Notes: generated by a model from the sequence alone, not told the origin. A stretch of 64,000 bases of DNA from an uncultured Pelagibacteraceae bacterium (GCA_902583075.1 CACHUN010000004.1:8680-72679), one strand, 5' to 3'. Shown: positions 1-10,233, numbered from the stretch's first letter. Numbers and translations are program-made.

Positions 1-2
1 CA

Positions 3-404
3 ACTTCAGCGTCTAATCAAGGAATTAATGTTACATTAGTAAGATATAGTTGTATTCTTTATGGAGGTGCAATGTGTGGATTGGCAGGTGCATACCTGTC
101 ATTAATATACACTCCCCAATGGATTGAGAATATGACAGGGGGTAGAGGATGGATTGCACTAGCTTTAGTAGTTTTTGCAACATGGAGTCCGATTAAAGTT
201 CTTATAGGTGCATTAATATTTGGTGGAATTACAATTTTACAATTGCATATGCAGGCAGTAGGTTTAAGAATTCCAGTTCAATTATTAAGTGCATTACCTT
301 ACATCATGACAATAATAGTTTTAGTCGTAATTTCTCGTGATAGTAGAAAAATAAAACTCAATACACCAACTTCATTGGGACAAATCTTCTATAAGGAAAA
401 GTGA
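3..404 (+). CDS. ABC transporter permease, nucleoside/sugar (NupC-like), 5'-truncated by the window edge
   Basis: Frame is open from position 3 (TSASNQGINV...YGGAMCGLAGAYL). Has the GRGWIALALV and LPYIMT motifs of BPD_transp_2 nucleoside permeases and lies next to a BMP gene. Confidence 0.85.
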   Translation, partial: TSASNQGINVTLVRYSCILYGGAMCGLAGAYLSLIYTPQWIENMTGGRGWIALALVVFATWSPIKVLIGALIFGGITILQLHMQAVGLRIPVQLLSALPYIMTIIVLVVISRDSRKIKLNTPTSLGQIFYKEK

Positions 405-492
405 TGTGAGCTATTCCAAAATAAATATTTTTTTTTATTAGAATATTGACTAATTTATAGTATCACAAAATTTAATTTAAAGGGGAAATCAA

Positions 493-1557
493 ATGTATAA
501 ACTATTTTTAAGAAGTTTAATTTCTGTAATATTTTTGCTTGGCTTTAGCTTAAATGCAAATGCAGAATTTAAAGTTGGTTTTGTTTATGTTGGTCCAACT
601 GGGGACCATGGTTGGACATACCAACATGACGAAGGAAGAAAAGCAGTAGAAGCAGCTGGAATAAAAACAACTTATGTAGAAAGCGTACCTGAGGGTGCGG
701 ATGCTGAAAGAGTGATAAGACAATTGGCTCAATCTGGTCATGATCTTATATTCACTACTAGTTTTGGATATATGGATCCAACAAACAAGGTTGCAAAAGA
801 TTTTCCAAATGTAAAATTTGAACATGCAACTGGTTACAAAAGAGAGCATTCAAATGTTGCAACTTATTCTGCAAGATTTTATGAAGGAAGAACTTTGTTA
901 GGACACATGGCTGGCAAAATGACAAAAACAAACACTATTGGATACATAGCTTCTTTTCCAATTCCAGAAGTTATAAGAGGTATTAATGCAATGACATTAG
1001 CTGCGCAAAAAGTAAATCCCAATATTAAGACAAAAATTGTTTGGGTTTTTACTTGGTATGATCCAGGAAAAGAGTCTGAAGCAGCTCAAGCTTTGATTGA
1101 TCAAGGTGCAGATATAATTATGCAACATACTGACAGTACTGCTCCGGTACAAGTTGCTGAAAAAGCAGGAGTTTGGTCTTTTGGTCAAGCAAGTGACATG
1201 CAAAGATTTGCTCCAAAATCTATATTAACGTCAATTATTGATGATTGGGCGCCTTATTATGTGGAAAGATCAATCGCAGCAAGAGATGGTACTTGGAAAC
1301 AACAAGATACTTGGCATGGGTTAAAAGAAGGAATGGTAGCAATGGCTCCATATAATTCTGTAATGGGCGATGATTTAGTAAAAGAAGTAGAGCAACTTCA
1401 AAAAGACTTAGCCTCAGGAAAAGCTCACTCATTTACTGGTCCAATTTATGATCAAAAAGGAAATATTCTTGTAGCAGAAGGTGCAGTAGCAGACGATGGA
1501 ATGCTAGCTGGAATGAATGTTTACGTTAAGGGAGTAGAAGGAGATATTCCTCAATAA
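493..1557 (+). CDS. BMP family ABC transporter substrate-binding protein (purine/nucleoside)
   Basis: Signal peptide, KVGFVYVGP..DHGW, IFTTSFGY and GADIIMQHTD motifs, SD AAGGGG upstream. Confidence 0.92.
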   Translation: MYKLFLRSLISVIFLLGFSLNANAEFKVGFVYVGPTGDHGWTYQHDEGRKAVEAAGIKTTYVESVPEGADAERVIRQLAQSGHDLIFTTSFGYMDPTNKVAKDFPNVKFEHATGYKREHSNVATYSARFYEGRTLLGHMAGKMTKTNTIGYIASFPIPEVIRGINAMTLAAQKVNPNIKTKIVWVFTWYDPGKESEAAQALIDQGADIIMQHTDSTAPVQVAEKAGVWSFGQASDMQRFAPKSILTSIIDDWAPYYVERSIAARDGTWKQQDTWHGLKEGMVAMAPYNSVMGDDLVKEVEQLQKDLASGKAHSFTGPIYDQKGNILVAEGAVADDGMLAGMNVYVKGVEGDIPQ

Positions 1558-1579
1558 AATTCTATTAAAAATTAAAATT

Positions 1580-1607
1580 AAAGGCCAGCTTAGTCTGGCC
1601 TTTTTTT
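1580..1607 (+). terminator. Intrinsic terminator, probably bidirectional
   Basis: AAAGGCCAG-CTTAGT-CTGGCCTTT stem-loop followed by T7, between convergent genes. Confidence 0.85.
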
Positions 1608-2129
1608 CTTAGAATATTTTTTTTTCAAACCATCAATATCGATTTCATCATAATACTCTGATGGTTGAACAATCCATGGATCATTATCTAATAAAATTGG
1701 ACAGAAGTCAGGTGTAAAAGTGGAAGATTTTTTTTTCCAAAGACATGCTGTTTTAATTTCACTTATGTGTTCCTTAACAGGTTCATATTCTTTAAGCCAC
1801 TCTATACTTTTATTTAAAGTTAGTCCTGTGTCTGATAGATCATCTACTAACAATACATTTTTAAAATCTTCGTTAGTTGCAATTGCACTTATATCTCTTG
1901 CAAATATTAGCTCCCCTTGTTTATCTTGTACAGTATCACCGGAGTAACTTTGAATTACAACATAAGCAGTAGGTAATTTAAAAATTCTAGATAAAATATC
2001 TATAATTGGAGCTGCACCTCTCATGATACCAACTAATACTGTTGGCTTGTATTTTTTTTCAATTTCTAAAGCAAGTTTTTCGACTACCTTTTTATATTCT
2101 TCATAAGTAATTATTAATTTATCAGCCAT
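1590..2129 (-). CDS. Type I purine phosphoribosyltransferase (xanthine-guanine/hypoxanthine PRT-like)
   Basis: PRPP loop VLLVDDLSDTGLTL, plus VGIMRGA, QSY and WIVQP motifs. Confidence 0.85.
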   Translation of the reverse strand: MADKLIITYEEYKKVVEKLALEIEKKYKPTVLVGIMRGAAPIIDILSRIFKLPTAYVVIQSYSGDTVQDKQGELIFARDISAIATNEDFKNVLLVDDLSDTGLTLNKSIEWLKEYEPVKEHISEIKTACLWKKKSSTFTPDFCPILLDNDPWIVQPSEYYDEIDIDGLKKKYSKKKRPD

Positions 2130-2172
2130 AAAAATTTGGTATCATAAATAAAAATATTAAAAAAGGATAAAT

Positions 2173-2475
2173 ATGAAAACTTATTGGATAAGTCTCTACT
2201 TACAAATCTCAAACCAGGATAACTTAAAAAAATATGGAGAAAAGGCTGTTCCTATAATAAAAAGTTTTGGAGGGAAACCAGTGGTAAGAGGTGGAAAATT
2301 AAAGTCATTTAGCGGCCCAAACGTTGTGCGTACTGTAATATGGGAGTTTCCGACTTACAATGATGCTATATCATGCCATGAGTCAATTGAATATAAGTCT
2401 GCTTGGACTCATGCTGAAGTTACAACTAAGAGAATAATGTTTATTGTTGAAGGAGTTGAACAAGAACAAATTTGA
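2173..2475 (+). CDS. DUF1330 family protein
   Basis: FGGKPVVRGG...RTVIWEFP...Y pattern, SD AAGGA. Confidence 0.85.
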   Translation: MKTYWISLYLQISNQDNLKKYGEKAVPIIKSFGGKPVVRGGKLKSFSGPNVVRTVIWEFPTYNDAISCHESIEYKSAWTHAEVTTKRIMFIVEGVEQEQI

Positions 2476-2517
2476 TAAAGTAAAAATTGATTATATAATG
2501 ATAAACAAAGGAAAGTT

Positions 2518-2805
2518 ATGAAAGGTTACATAGTTTGTGTGTGGGAAAAAATTAACAGCGAGGAAAAATTAAAGGAATATGCACTAAAAGCCAAGATTGC
2601 TGCAGATAAATACTCAGGGATATTTATAATTAGAGGTGGAAAAAATAGAACAAATGAGGGAATAAACTCTCCAAGAACGACAGTAGTTGAATTTCCAGAT
2701 TACAACACAGCAATAAAATTTTATGATTCCCCTGAATATCAAGAAGCGCTTGACGTTATTAAAGGGCATGCAGTAAGACATCATCAGATAGTTGAAGGTA
2801 CTTAA
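2518..2805 (+). CDS. DUF1330 family protein
   Basis: MKGY...IIRGG...RTTVVEFP...FYDSPEYQ...IVEG pattern, SD AAGGA. Confidence 0.88.
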   Translation: MKGYIVCVWEKINSEEKLKEYALKAKIAADKYSGIFIIRGGKNRTNEGINSPRTTVVEFPDYNTAIKFYDSPEYQEALDVIKGHAVRHHQIVEGT

Positions 2806-3425
2806 TATTGTATAGGCTCATCGTCTATGGAGCGCCATAAATACCAAGTAGCCACAGAACAATATGGAGAAAACCTCTTTTTCAATCGATTTACATAGCT
2901 CATGGGTGGTAAATAGCTTTTTTTATAATTGTTTGAAATAGCTCTTAATAAACCAATATCTTGAACGGGCCATATATTAGATCTATTGTAAGTAAATAAT
3001 AATATCATCTCTGCTGACCATCTACCTATTTGTCTTAACTCAGATAAATAAAGAATTGCCTCCTCGTCTCCCATTTTTTTTATAATTCTCGGATTAAAAG
3101 TTTTATTTACAAATTTTTTTGCCAACTCTTTAATTCCTCTAACTTTTTGCCTACTTAATCCACATTTTTTCAACCGATTAGAGTTAATAGTATTAACTAC
3201 TTTTGGATTAATCTTTCCTCTACATTCTTTTTTAAACTTTAAAAATACAGAATTTGCTGCAGCAACACTTATCTGTTGTCCTATTATACTTTTACACAGA
3301 GATAGAAAAATATCTTTTCTTGTTGTTAAGGTTTTATCTTTGTATTTAGAAATAAGTTTTTTCATTATCTTGTCCTTAGAAAGAAACTTTACTGCCTTTG
3401 ACCAATAAATCGGGGGTTTACTCAT
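2802..3425 (-). CDS. alkA: DNA-3-methyladenine glycosylase II (AlkA/HhH-GPD family)
   Basis: SIIGQQISVAAA, GLSRQK, HhH LRQIGRWSAEM, WPVQD and YLWR motifs. Confidence 0.88.
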   Translation of the reverse strand: MSKPPIYWSKAVKFLSKDKIMKKLISKYKDKTLTTRKDIFLSLCKSIIGQQISVAAANSVFLKFKKECRGKINPKVVNTINSNRLKKCGLSRQKVRGIKELAKKFVNKTFNPRIIKKMGDEEAILYLSELRQIGRWSAEMILLFTYNRSNIWPVQDIGLLRAISNNYKKSYLPPMSYVNRLKKRFSPYCSVATWYLWRSIDDEPIQY

Positions 3426-4299
3426 TTTTAAAAATTAAGTTTGGTTTTTTTAAATAAATTTCTCTTCTAAATATAATTAATGAGGATAACACTACAAGTA
3501 ATGAACCCAATAAAGTTTTAAAAGATGGTATTTCATTCCAAATAAAATAACCAAATACAATTGCAAATACTAAGCTTAAATATTTAAGTGGAGTAACTAA
3601 AGAAACTTCTGAAAGTTTGTAAGATTGTCCAAGTAATAAATTAGCAATACCTCCTAGCAAACCAATCATACACAAAAGAATAAAATCTATTAATGTAGGC
3701 ATTACCCATCCAAATGGAATTGTAAACAAACCTAAAATAGATATCGCTACTGAAAAATAAAAAGAAATAAGCCAAACTGGTTCGGATGTAGATAACTGCC
3801 TGATTGCAATTGCAACATATGACATTCCTAAACAAAAAATTATCGGGTAAATATAGTAAAAATTTAAATTCGAAATACCTGGTTGTGTAATAATTATTAC
3901 ACCTATGAAACCCATCAAAACTGCTAGCCAACGATATTTACCAATTTTTTCTGATAAAAAAAAAATAGATAAAATTGTTGCAAAAATTGGCGCAGCAAAT
4001 GAGATACCCACCACAGTTGCCAAAGGTAAATTTCTTAGTGCAATAAATACTGATACTATTGCCATTAATCCTGCAGCACATCTAAAGAAATGTAATTTAG
4101 GTCGATTTGTTTTATAAAAATTTGCGTAGTTTCCTTTTGGTATTAAAAAAAAAATTGGTATTAATCCGCAAATTCCTCTAAAAAAAAGAACTTCACCAAC
4201 AGGATAATCTTCAGACCACTTCACAAGCACATCCATCATTGAAAATGCACACACAGACAGAAACATGTACAAAAAGCCTAATTGATTTCTAGATAACAT
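3418..4299 (-). CDS. DMT/EamA family transporter
   Basis: About 10 hydrophobic segments in two EamA repeats (FAAPIF...FLSEK; P.KY.SLVFA). Confidence 0.88.
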   Translation of the reverse strand: MLSRNQLGFLYMFLSVCAFSMMDVLVKWSEDYPVGEVLFFRGICGLIPIFFLIPKGNYANFYKTNRPKLHFFRCAAGLMAIVSVFIALRNLPLATVVGISFAAPIFATILSIFFLSEKIGKYRWLAVLMGFIGVIIITQPGISNLNFYYIYPIIFCLGMSYVAIAIRQLSTSEPVWLISFYFSVAISILGLFTIPFGWVMPTLIDFILLCMIGLLGGIANLLLGQSYKLSEVSLVTPLKYLSLVFAIVFGYFIWNEIPSFKTLLGSLLVVLSSLIIFRREIYLKKPNLIFKNE

Positions 4300-4330
4300 G
4301 GGTTAATTTATATTATTATAACATTAATCT

Positions 4331-4774
4331 ATGGAAATAGCAGTCTTAGCTTTGGGGTGTTTCTGGGGTCCAGAAAAAAAATATGGACAATTAGATGGCA
4401 TCTACAGAACAGAAGTTGGATATTGTGGAGGAAACAGTCAAAATACAAATTATAGAGAAGTTTGTACAGGGACAACTAATCATGCGGAAGCTGTAAAATT
4501 AGAATTTGATCCAAAAGTTATTACATACGAGCAAATAATTAAGAAATTTTTTGAATTTCATGATCCAACTACACTAAACTCTCAAGGTCCTGATTTTGGA
4601 ACACAATACAGAAGTGAGATATTCTATCTTAATGATGAACAAAAAAATATTGCCCAAAAAATAATAAATGAAGAAAATTTAAGGTTATCTGGAAAAGTTG
4701 TAACTAAGCTATCTGAGTTGAAAAATTACTGCACTGCTGAAGAGTATCATCAGAAGTATCTAGAAAAAAGATAG
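4331..4774 (+). CDS. msrA: Peptide-methionine (S)-S-oxide reductase
   Basis: GCFWG, HAE, HDPT, QYRS and AEEYHQKY motifs. Confidence 0.96.
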   Translation: MEIAVLALGCFWGPEKKYGQLDGIYRTEVGYCGGNSQNTNYREVCTGTTNHAEAVKLEFDPKVITYEQIIKKFFEFHDPTTLNSQGPDFGTQYRSEIFYLNDEQKNIAQKIINEENLRLSGKVVTKLSELKNYCTAEEYHQKYLEKR

Positions 4775-4775
4775 A

Positions 4776-5591
4776 ATGTCACTTGTCACATCAGAATGGT
4801 TAGAAAATAATTTAAATAGCGTCAAAATAATTGACTGCTCATGGCATATGCCAGGAATTGATAGAAATCCTGAAGCGGAATATTCTAAAAATCATATTCC
4901 TGGTGCAATTTTTTTTGACTTAGATAAAAATTCAGATCAAGATACAGATTTACCTCACATGCTTCCTTCAGAAGAAAAATGGGAAGAAATAGTATCAGCA
5001 ATGGGCATATCGAATACTGATAGAATTGTAATTTATGATAACTCAGATGTTTTAAGTTCATGTAGAGGCTGGTACAATTTTATTTATTTCGGTCATGATA
5101 AACAACTAGTAAGTGTTTTAGATGGTGGTTTAAAAAAATGGCTAATTGAAAATAGAAAAATAACAAGTGAAAAGACAATTTTAAATAACTCAATATACAG
5201 AGCAACAGAAAATAAAAATCTGGTAAAAAGTATTCTTGAAATAAATGAAAACATTGAACAAAAAAATTTCACAGTTATAGATGCAAGAAGTAAGGAAAGA
5301 TTTGATGGAAGTGTTCCTGATCCTAGGAAGAATGTTAGAAGTGGATCTATACCAAACTCTGTATGTCTTCCATTTAAAGAAATTATAAATAGCTCAAACA
5401 ATACTTTTAAAAATGTTAATGAGATCTCAGAAAAATTCAGGGAAATCATTGATTTAAATGATGACAAAAGAGTTTTTTCATGTGGATCTGGTATAACAGC
5501 ATGCGTTTTAAGTCTTGCATATTCCCTTGTAAATAATACATATTCTCCTACAATCTATGATGGTTCATGGGCTGAATATGGAAGATTATAA
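4776..5591 (+). CDS. sseA: 3-mercaptopyruvate sulfurtransferase (two-domain rhodanese)
   Basis: HIPGA, LDGG, CGSGITA active-site loop, YDGSWAEY. Confidence 0.92.
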   Translation: MSLVTSEWLENNLNSVKIIDCSWHMPGIDRNPEAEYSKNHIPGAIFFDLDKNSDQDTDLPHMLPSEEKWEEIVSAMGISNTDRIVIYDNSDVLSSCRGWYNFIYFGHDKQLVSVLDGGLKKWLIENRKITSEKTILNNSIYRATENKNLVKSILEINENIEQKNFTVIDARSKERFDGSVPDPRKNVRSGSIPNSVCLPFKEIINSSNNTFKNVNEISEKFREIIDLNDDKRVFSCGSGITACVLSLAYSLVNNTYSPTIYDGSWAEYGRL

Positions 5592-5593
5592 AA

Positions 5594-6514
5594 ATGAAAA
5601 GATCAACTAAAATAACATCAATAATAGTAATTTTTTTTCTAGTCATTGCAGGTGTAATTATTGCTCGAACAATGATTGGAAACCATTTTAAAAAAAAATT
5701 TAGTAAAAGACCCCCACCAGGTATTATAGTTAAAACAGTTGAGGAAAGAAAATTTCAAAATATCATTGAAACTTTTGGAACAGCAGTTCCAATTAAAACA
5801 CAGTCATACAATATTGAAAAATATGAAATTCTAGAGAATATAAAATATAATACGAGCGTTAAATCTGGTGATGTAGTCGCTAAATTAAAAAATAGAACTA
5901 TAACAGCACCATTCGATGGAGTAATTGGTAAAAGAAACTTTTCTGACGATATTAATGTTTCCGAAAGTTCTGTTATAATAGATATTGAAGATGCATCTTT
6001 TTTATTTATTGATGTTGATGTTCCAGAAGTATTTGCACCATTTGTAGAAAAAGGACTAGGTGTTGATATAAAATTTTCTGGAAATAAGGATAAAATATAT
6101 AAAGGTATAGTAGATTCTTTGGCCAGCAAAATTGATGTTAGCAATAGATCTTTAAGACTTAGAATTAAAATGCAAAATACGAATTCTGAGATTTTGCCTG
6201 GTGCTTTAATGGAGGTAACAATTAAATATAATGAAAGAATCTCGTTAGGTATACCAGATACAAGTGTAATCTTGGAAGGTAATAAAGTTTATATTTATAA
6301 AGTAGATAAAGAGAATGTAACTAACAGAGTTGAAGTTAAAGTTGGCAACAGAAACAAAGGATATCTAGAAGTGGAATCTGGTTTAAAAGAGGGTGACATA
6401 GTTGTTGCTGAAGGATTAAAAAAAGTAAGACCAAATGGAAAAATTAAACCCATTAAAGATGGTGAAAAAAAAAATGAGTCTAGCTGGGGTAAAAAAGAAA
6501 ATAAAAGTAAATAA
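5594..6514 (+). CDS. RND efflux periplasmic adaptor (membrane fusion protein), lacking the alpha-hairpin
   Basis: N-terminal TM anchor, VKSGD...ITAPFDG lipoyl halves, LPG and GLKEGDIVVAEG motifs, directly upstream of an RND permease. Confidence 0.88.
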   Translation: MKRSTKITSIIVIFFLVIAGVIIARTMIGNHFKKKFSKRPPPGIIVKTVEERKFQNIIETFGTAVPIKTQSYNIEKYEILENIKYNTSVKSGDVVAKLKNRTITAPFDGVIGKRNFSDDINVSESSVIIDIEDASFLFIDVDVPEVFAPFVEKGLGVDIKFSGNKDKIYKGIVDSLASKIDVSNRSLRLRIKMQNTNSEILPGALMEVTIKYNERISLGIPDTSVILEGNKVYIYKVDKENVTNRVEVKVGNRNKGYLEVESGLKEGDIVVAEGLKKVRPNGKIKPIKDGEKKNESSWGKKENKSK

Positions 6515-6518
6515 TTAA

Positions 6519-9500
6519 ATGTATTTAACTGATGTTAGTATTAGAAGACCAGCACTTTCATGGGTATTATCATTAATACTTGTTGTATTTGGGACTTTTG
6601 TTTTTTCAAAATTACCAGTAAGGGAACTTCCATCAGGTCTACAACCACCTGTGGTTCAGGTTCAGGTAAAATATGCTTCAGCTTCAGCTCCAATTGTTGA
6701 TGAAGAGGTAACACAAGTAATTGAAGAAGTCATAGGTGGAGCAGAGGGAATAAAAAATATAGACGCCAAATCAGAAAATGGGAAAAGCACAATAAATATT
6801 GAATTTGACACTGATATTAACCTCGACAATGCAGCTAACGATGTAAGGGAAAGAGTTGCTCGAGTTGTTGGAAGACTTCCCACAGAGTCTGAGGCACCAA
6901 GAATACTTAAGCAATCAGCTGGTTTTACGACTACTATGTGGCTAGCTTTGTCCTCAGAAACTTGGAGTGATCTTGAGTTGGGAGATTATGCAGAAAGATA
7001 TTTAGTTGATCAGTTTTCCAGTATTAAAAATGTTGGCCGAATAAGAACAGGTGGCCTTAGGGAACAGAGTATAAGAGTGTGGATTGATCCAATCAAATTA
7101 GCTGCAAATAATTTAACTATACAAGAAGTAGAGAGATCATTAAGAAATGAAAATGTTAGATTACCAGCAGGTACACTTGAAGCTGAAAATATAGATTTAA
7201 CGATCAATATTGATAAATCATACAATGACTTAGAAAAACTTAAGGATCTACCAATTAAGAAGGCTAAAGACAATATAGTAAGACTATCGGATATTGCAAA
7301 TTTAGAATTAGGCCCTGTCACAGAGAAAGTTTTATTTAGAGCTCAGAGCAAAGGAGCTCTAAATTTAAAAACTATGGGAATAGGTATTTATGCAAGAAGT
7401 GGAGCCTCAACGGTTGAATTATCAAAAGAAGTTGAAAAAAAAATTATAGAAATAAGAAAAACTTTACCAGCTGATTTAAATTTAGAAATAGCTTTTAACA
7501 GAGCCACTTATATTGGTGAAGCAATAAATGAAGTTTATAAAACTTTAGTTATAGCTTTTATACTTGTAGTGATAATAATTTATTTATTTTTAGGAAACTT
7601 AAAAGCAGTTATTGTTCCTGCAATAGCTTTACCAGTAAGTCTGATTGCAACTTTCTTAGGTTTATATATATTTGATTTATCAATTAATATATTTGTCTTA
7701 TTAAGTTTTATATTAGCAATTGGAATTATTACTGATGACTCTGTCATTATGACTGATGCGATATATAGAAGAATTGAAAATGGTGAAACACCGCTTGTAG
7801 CAGCTTATAAAGGCTCTAAACAAATTACATTTGCAATTATTGCAACGACTCTTATTTTAGTTGCAGTATTTTTACCTTTAATTTTTATTGAAGGTATTGC
7901 TGGAACATTATTTAAAGAAACTGCAATAGCGCTATCATTTGCAATTGTAGTCTCATCATTTGTTGCTCTAACACTTTCGCCAATGCTAGGTAGTAAATTT
8001 CTTGATAAAAAGAAAAAGTCTAATTTCTTGACAAGAGGATTTGATAAATTTTTTCAAGGTTTTTCAAAATTTTACACTGAGACGTTGGGATTTTGGATGA
8101 ATAAGAAGAAAACAATAATAACATTTATAATTTTTATCGTAGTTGCATCTGGAGCTTTGTACAATTATACAAAAAAAGAGTTATTGCCATTAGAAGATCG
8201 AGGTGTTTACTTAGTTATAGGATTTACCGATGAGGGAAGCTCATTCCAATATACTCAAAAAAGGGCTGAAGACGTTGAACAAAGACTTATTCCATTGCTA
8301 GATGGAGACAATAGTCCTTACAACAGATTTTTAATTATAGTTCCAGGTTTTGGCTCTGAAAATAGCTTCTTAATAATTTCACTTTTAGACAATTGGAAAA
8401 ATAGAAAACAGAATTCTCAAACAATAATGAGACAAGCAATTGGAAAAATAGTTACAGTGCCCCAAACACTAGCTTTCCCTATTTCTCCACAGTCCATAAG
8501 AGTTTCTAGTTACAATAAACCTGTTCAAATGGTTATTTATGGAAATACATATGAAGAGCTAGAGCAAATACAATCTCAAGTTATTAGAATGTTAAGAAAG
8601 AACAGAAATTTATCAAGACTTGAATCTGATTACACAAGAAATAAACCTGAAGTAAATATAAAAATTAACAAAAATAAAGCAAAAGACTTAGGAATATCAA
8701 CTGAAGCAATTGGTCAAACACTAGAAACTTTGTATGGGGGTAAGACGGTTACAAAATTTAATAAACTTGGAAAAGAATACCCTATTATTTTACAACAATA
8801 TTTAGAGGATAGAAAAAATAAAGAAAGTTTAAGTAAAATATTTGTTAGATCAGAAAAAACAGGTAATTTAGTTTCTCTATCTAATCTTGTTGAATTTAAT
8901 GAAAAGGGAACAGCAAGTAAGTTGTCAAGATATAACAGACAACGTGCTGTAACAATATCAGCTAACATAAGTGAAGGTTATACTTTAGCTGAGGCGATAA
9001 AGTATTTAGAGGAAACAATGACTAATGTTGCTCCAGATAAACAAATTACCTGGAAAGGAAAATCTGAAGAATTAAAAGAAACAAGTAATGAACTTTATAT
9101 TATATTTGCTCTAGCATTGTTAACAGCTTATCTTGTTATGTCAGCTACTTTTAATTCATTTATACACCCGTTTATAATTATTTTGACTGTCCCACTCGCA
9201 GTATTTGGAGGTTTAATATTTATTCTATTTTTAAATTCATCAATAAATATATTTTCACAAATCGCCTTAGTAATACTAATTGGTATTTCAACAAAAAATA
9301 GTATTCTTATAGTTGATTATGCAAATCAATTAAGAACTAAAGGTAAAGAAATTGAAAAAGCCGTAAAAGAAGCATGCAGTTTAAGATTTAGACCAATTAT
9401 AATGACATCGCTGAGCACAATGATTGCGATGTTGCCTTTAGTAATTGGAAATATTGGTCCAGGTGCTGGAGAAGGTTCAAGACTTGCAGTAGGTGCAACT

Positions 9501-9629
9501 ATACTTGGTGGAATGATAATTTCTACCTTTTTCACATTATATGTAACTCCAACAATGTATTTAACTCTAGCAAAAAATACGAAGAGAATTGATGCAGTTG
9601 ATATAGAGCTTAAAAAACAATTAAACTAA
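6519..9629 (+). CDS. RND efflux permease (AcrB/AcrD/AcrF family)
   Basis: 1036 aa, SIRRP start, proton-relay TDDS, TKNSILIV and RFRPIIMT motifs. Confidence 0.95.
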   Translation: MYLTDVSIRRPALSWVLSLILVVFGTFVFSKLPVRELPSGLQPPVVQVQVKYASASAPIVDEEVTQVIEEVIGGAEGIKNIDAKSENGKSTINIEFDTDINLDNAANDVRERVARVVGRLPTESEAPRILKQSAGFTTTMWLALSSETWSDLELGDYAERYLVDQFSSIKNVGRIRTGGLREQSIRVWIDPIKLAANNLTIQEVERSLRNENVRLPAGTLEAENIDLTINIDKSYNDLEKLKDLPIKKAKDNIVRLSDIANLELGPVTEKVLFRAQSKGALNLKTMGIGIYARSGASTVELSKEVEKKIIEIRKTLPADLNLEIAFNRATYIGEAINEVYKTLVIAFILVVIIIYLFLGNLKAVIVPAIALPVSLIATFLGLYIFDLSINIFVLLSFILAIGIITDDSVIMTDAIYRRIENGETPLVAAYKGSKQITFAIIATTLILVAVFLPLIFIEGIAGTLFKETAIALSFAIVVSSFVALTLSPMLGSKFLDKKKKSNFLTRGFDKFFQGFSKFYTETLGFWMNKKKTIITFIIFIVVASGALYNYTKKELLPLEDRGVYLVIGFTDEGSSFQYTQKRAEDVEQRLIPLLDGDNSPYNRFLIIVPGFGSENSFLIISLLDNWKNRKQNSQTIMRQAIGKIVTVPQTLAFPISPQSIRVSSYNKPVQMVIYGNTYEELEQIQSQVIRMLRKNRNLSRLESDYTRNKPEVNIKINKNKAKDLGISTEAIGQTLETLYGGKTVTKFNKLGKEYPIILQQYLEDRKNKESLSKIFVRSEKTGNLVSLSNLVEFNEKGTASKLSRYNRQRAVTISANISEGYTLAEAIKYLEETMTNVAPDKQITWKGKSEELKETSNELYIIFALALLTAYLVMSATFNSFIHPFIIILTVPLAVFGGLIFILFLNSSINIFSQIALVILIGISTKNSILIVDYANQLRTKGKEIEKAVKEACSLRFRPIIMTSLSTMIAMLPLVIGNIGPGAGEGSRLAVGATILGGMIISTFFTLYVTPTMYLTLAKNTKRIDAVDIELKKQLN

Positions 9630-10231
9630 AATATAATATATTTTTTAGTAGTAAGTGACTTTCGACAATTATTAAGCTGTTCCTTATATTTCTTAGATTG
9701 ATTCTCAACTTTTTTTGCTAAAAGAATAATTTTTTGGTTCTTTTTATAATTTTTGTAATTTCCCCAGCCTTCATGATAAGCAACATACTGCTTAAAAGCA
9801 TCATTTTTTGGGATTTTTAGGATCTTTTCTGTTTTGTTTGTATACCACCCAATAAAATCTACACTATCTTTAAATCTTGTCCTAGTAGCATACTTATTCC
9901 CTGTTTCGTCTTTGTATTGTTTCCAGGTACCTCTAATTGCTTGAGAATAACCAAAAGAACTTGATGGTCTTTTATAAGGAATAACCTTAAATAATTTTTG
10001 TCTAGGTGGTTTTGCCAACCAATCGAAATCTGACTCCATTTTAATTATAGCAAGTTGCAGATTAATAGGTGTGCCCCATTTTTGTTCAGTTTTTTTTGCA
10101 TGTTTGTACCAGAGATATCTTTCAGAAAATATTGAACAGCTATCTGCAGTATTTTTAGGAATTGAGGAGCAACTAGAAAATAAAATTAAAATTAAAAATA
10201 AATATATATTTTTATTTCGAATCATTTTCAT
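9626..10231 (-). CDS. Lipoprotein with lytic transglycosylase-like (SLT) domain
   Basis: Lipobox FSSC, AIIKMES catalytic-type Glu, GYSQA..TW and AYHEG motifs. Confidence 0.8.
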   Translation of the reverse strand: MKMIRNKNIYLFLILILFSSCSSIPKNTADSCSIFSERYLWYKHAKKTEQKWGTPINLQLAIIKMESDFDWLAKPPRQKLFKVIPYKRPSSSFGYSQAIRGTWKQYKDETGNKYATRTRFKDSVDFIGWYTNKTEKILKIPKNDAFKQYVAYHEGWGNYKNYKKNQKIILLAKKVENQSKKYKEQLNNCRKSLTTKKYIIF

Positions 10232-10233
10232 TA

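Noticed and set aside
4331-4774. Short MsrA (147 aa) and short NadD as pseudogenes
   Set aside because: Catalytic motifs are present, stops are clean and closely followed by the next gene, consistent with trimming rather than decay.
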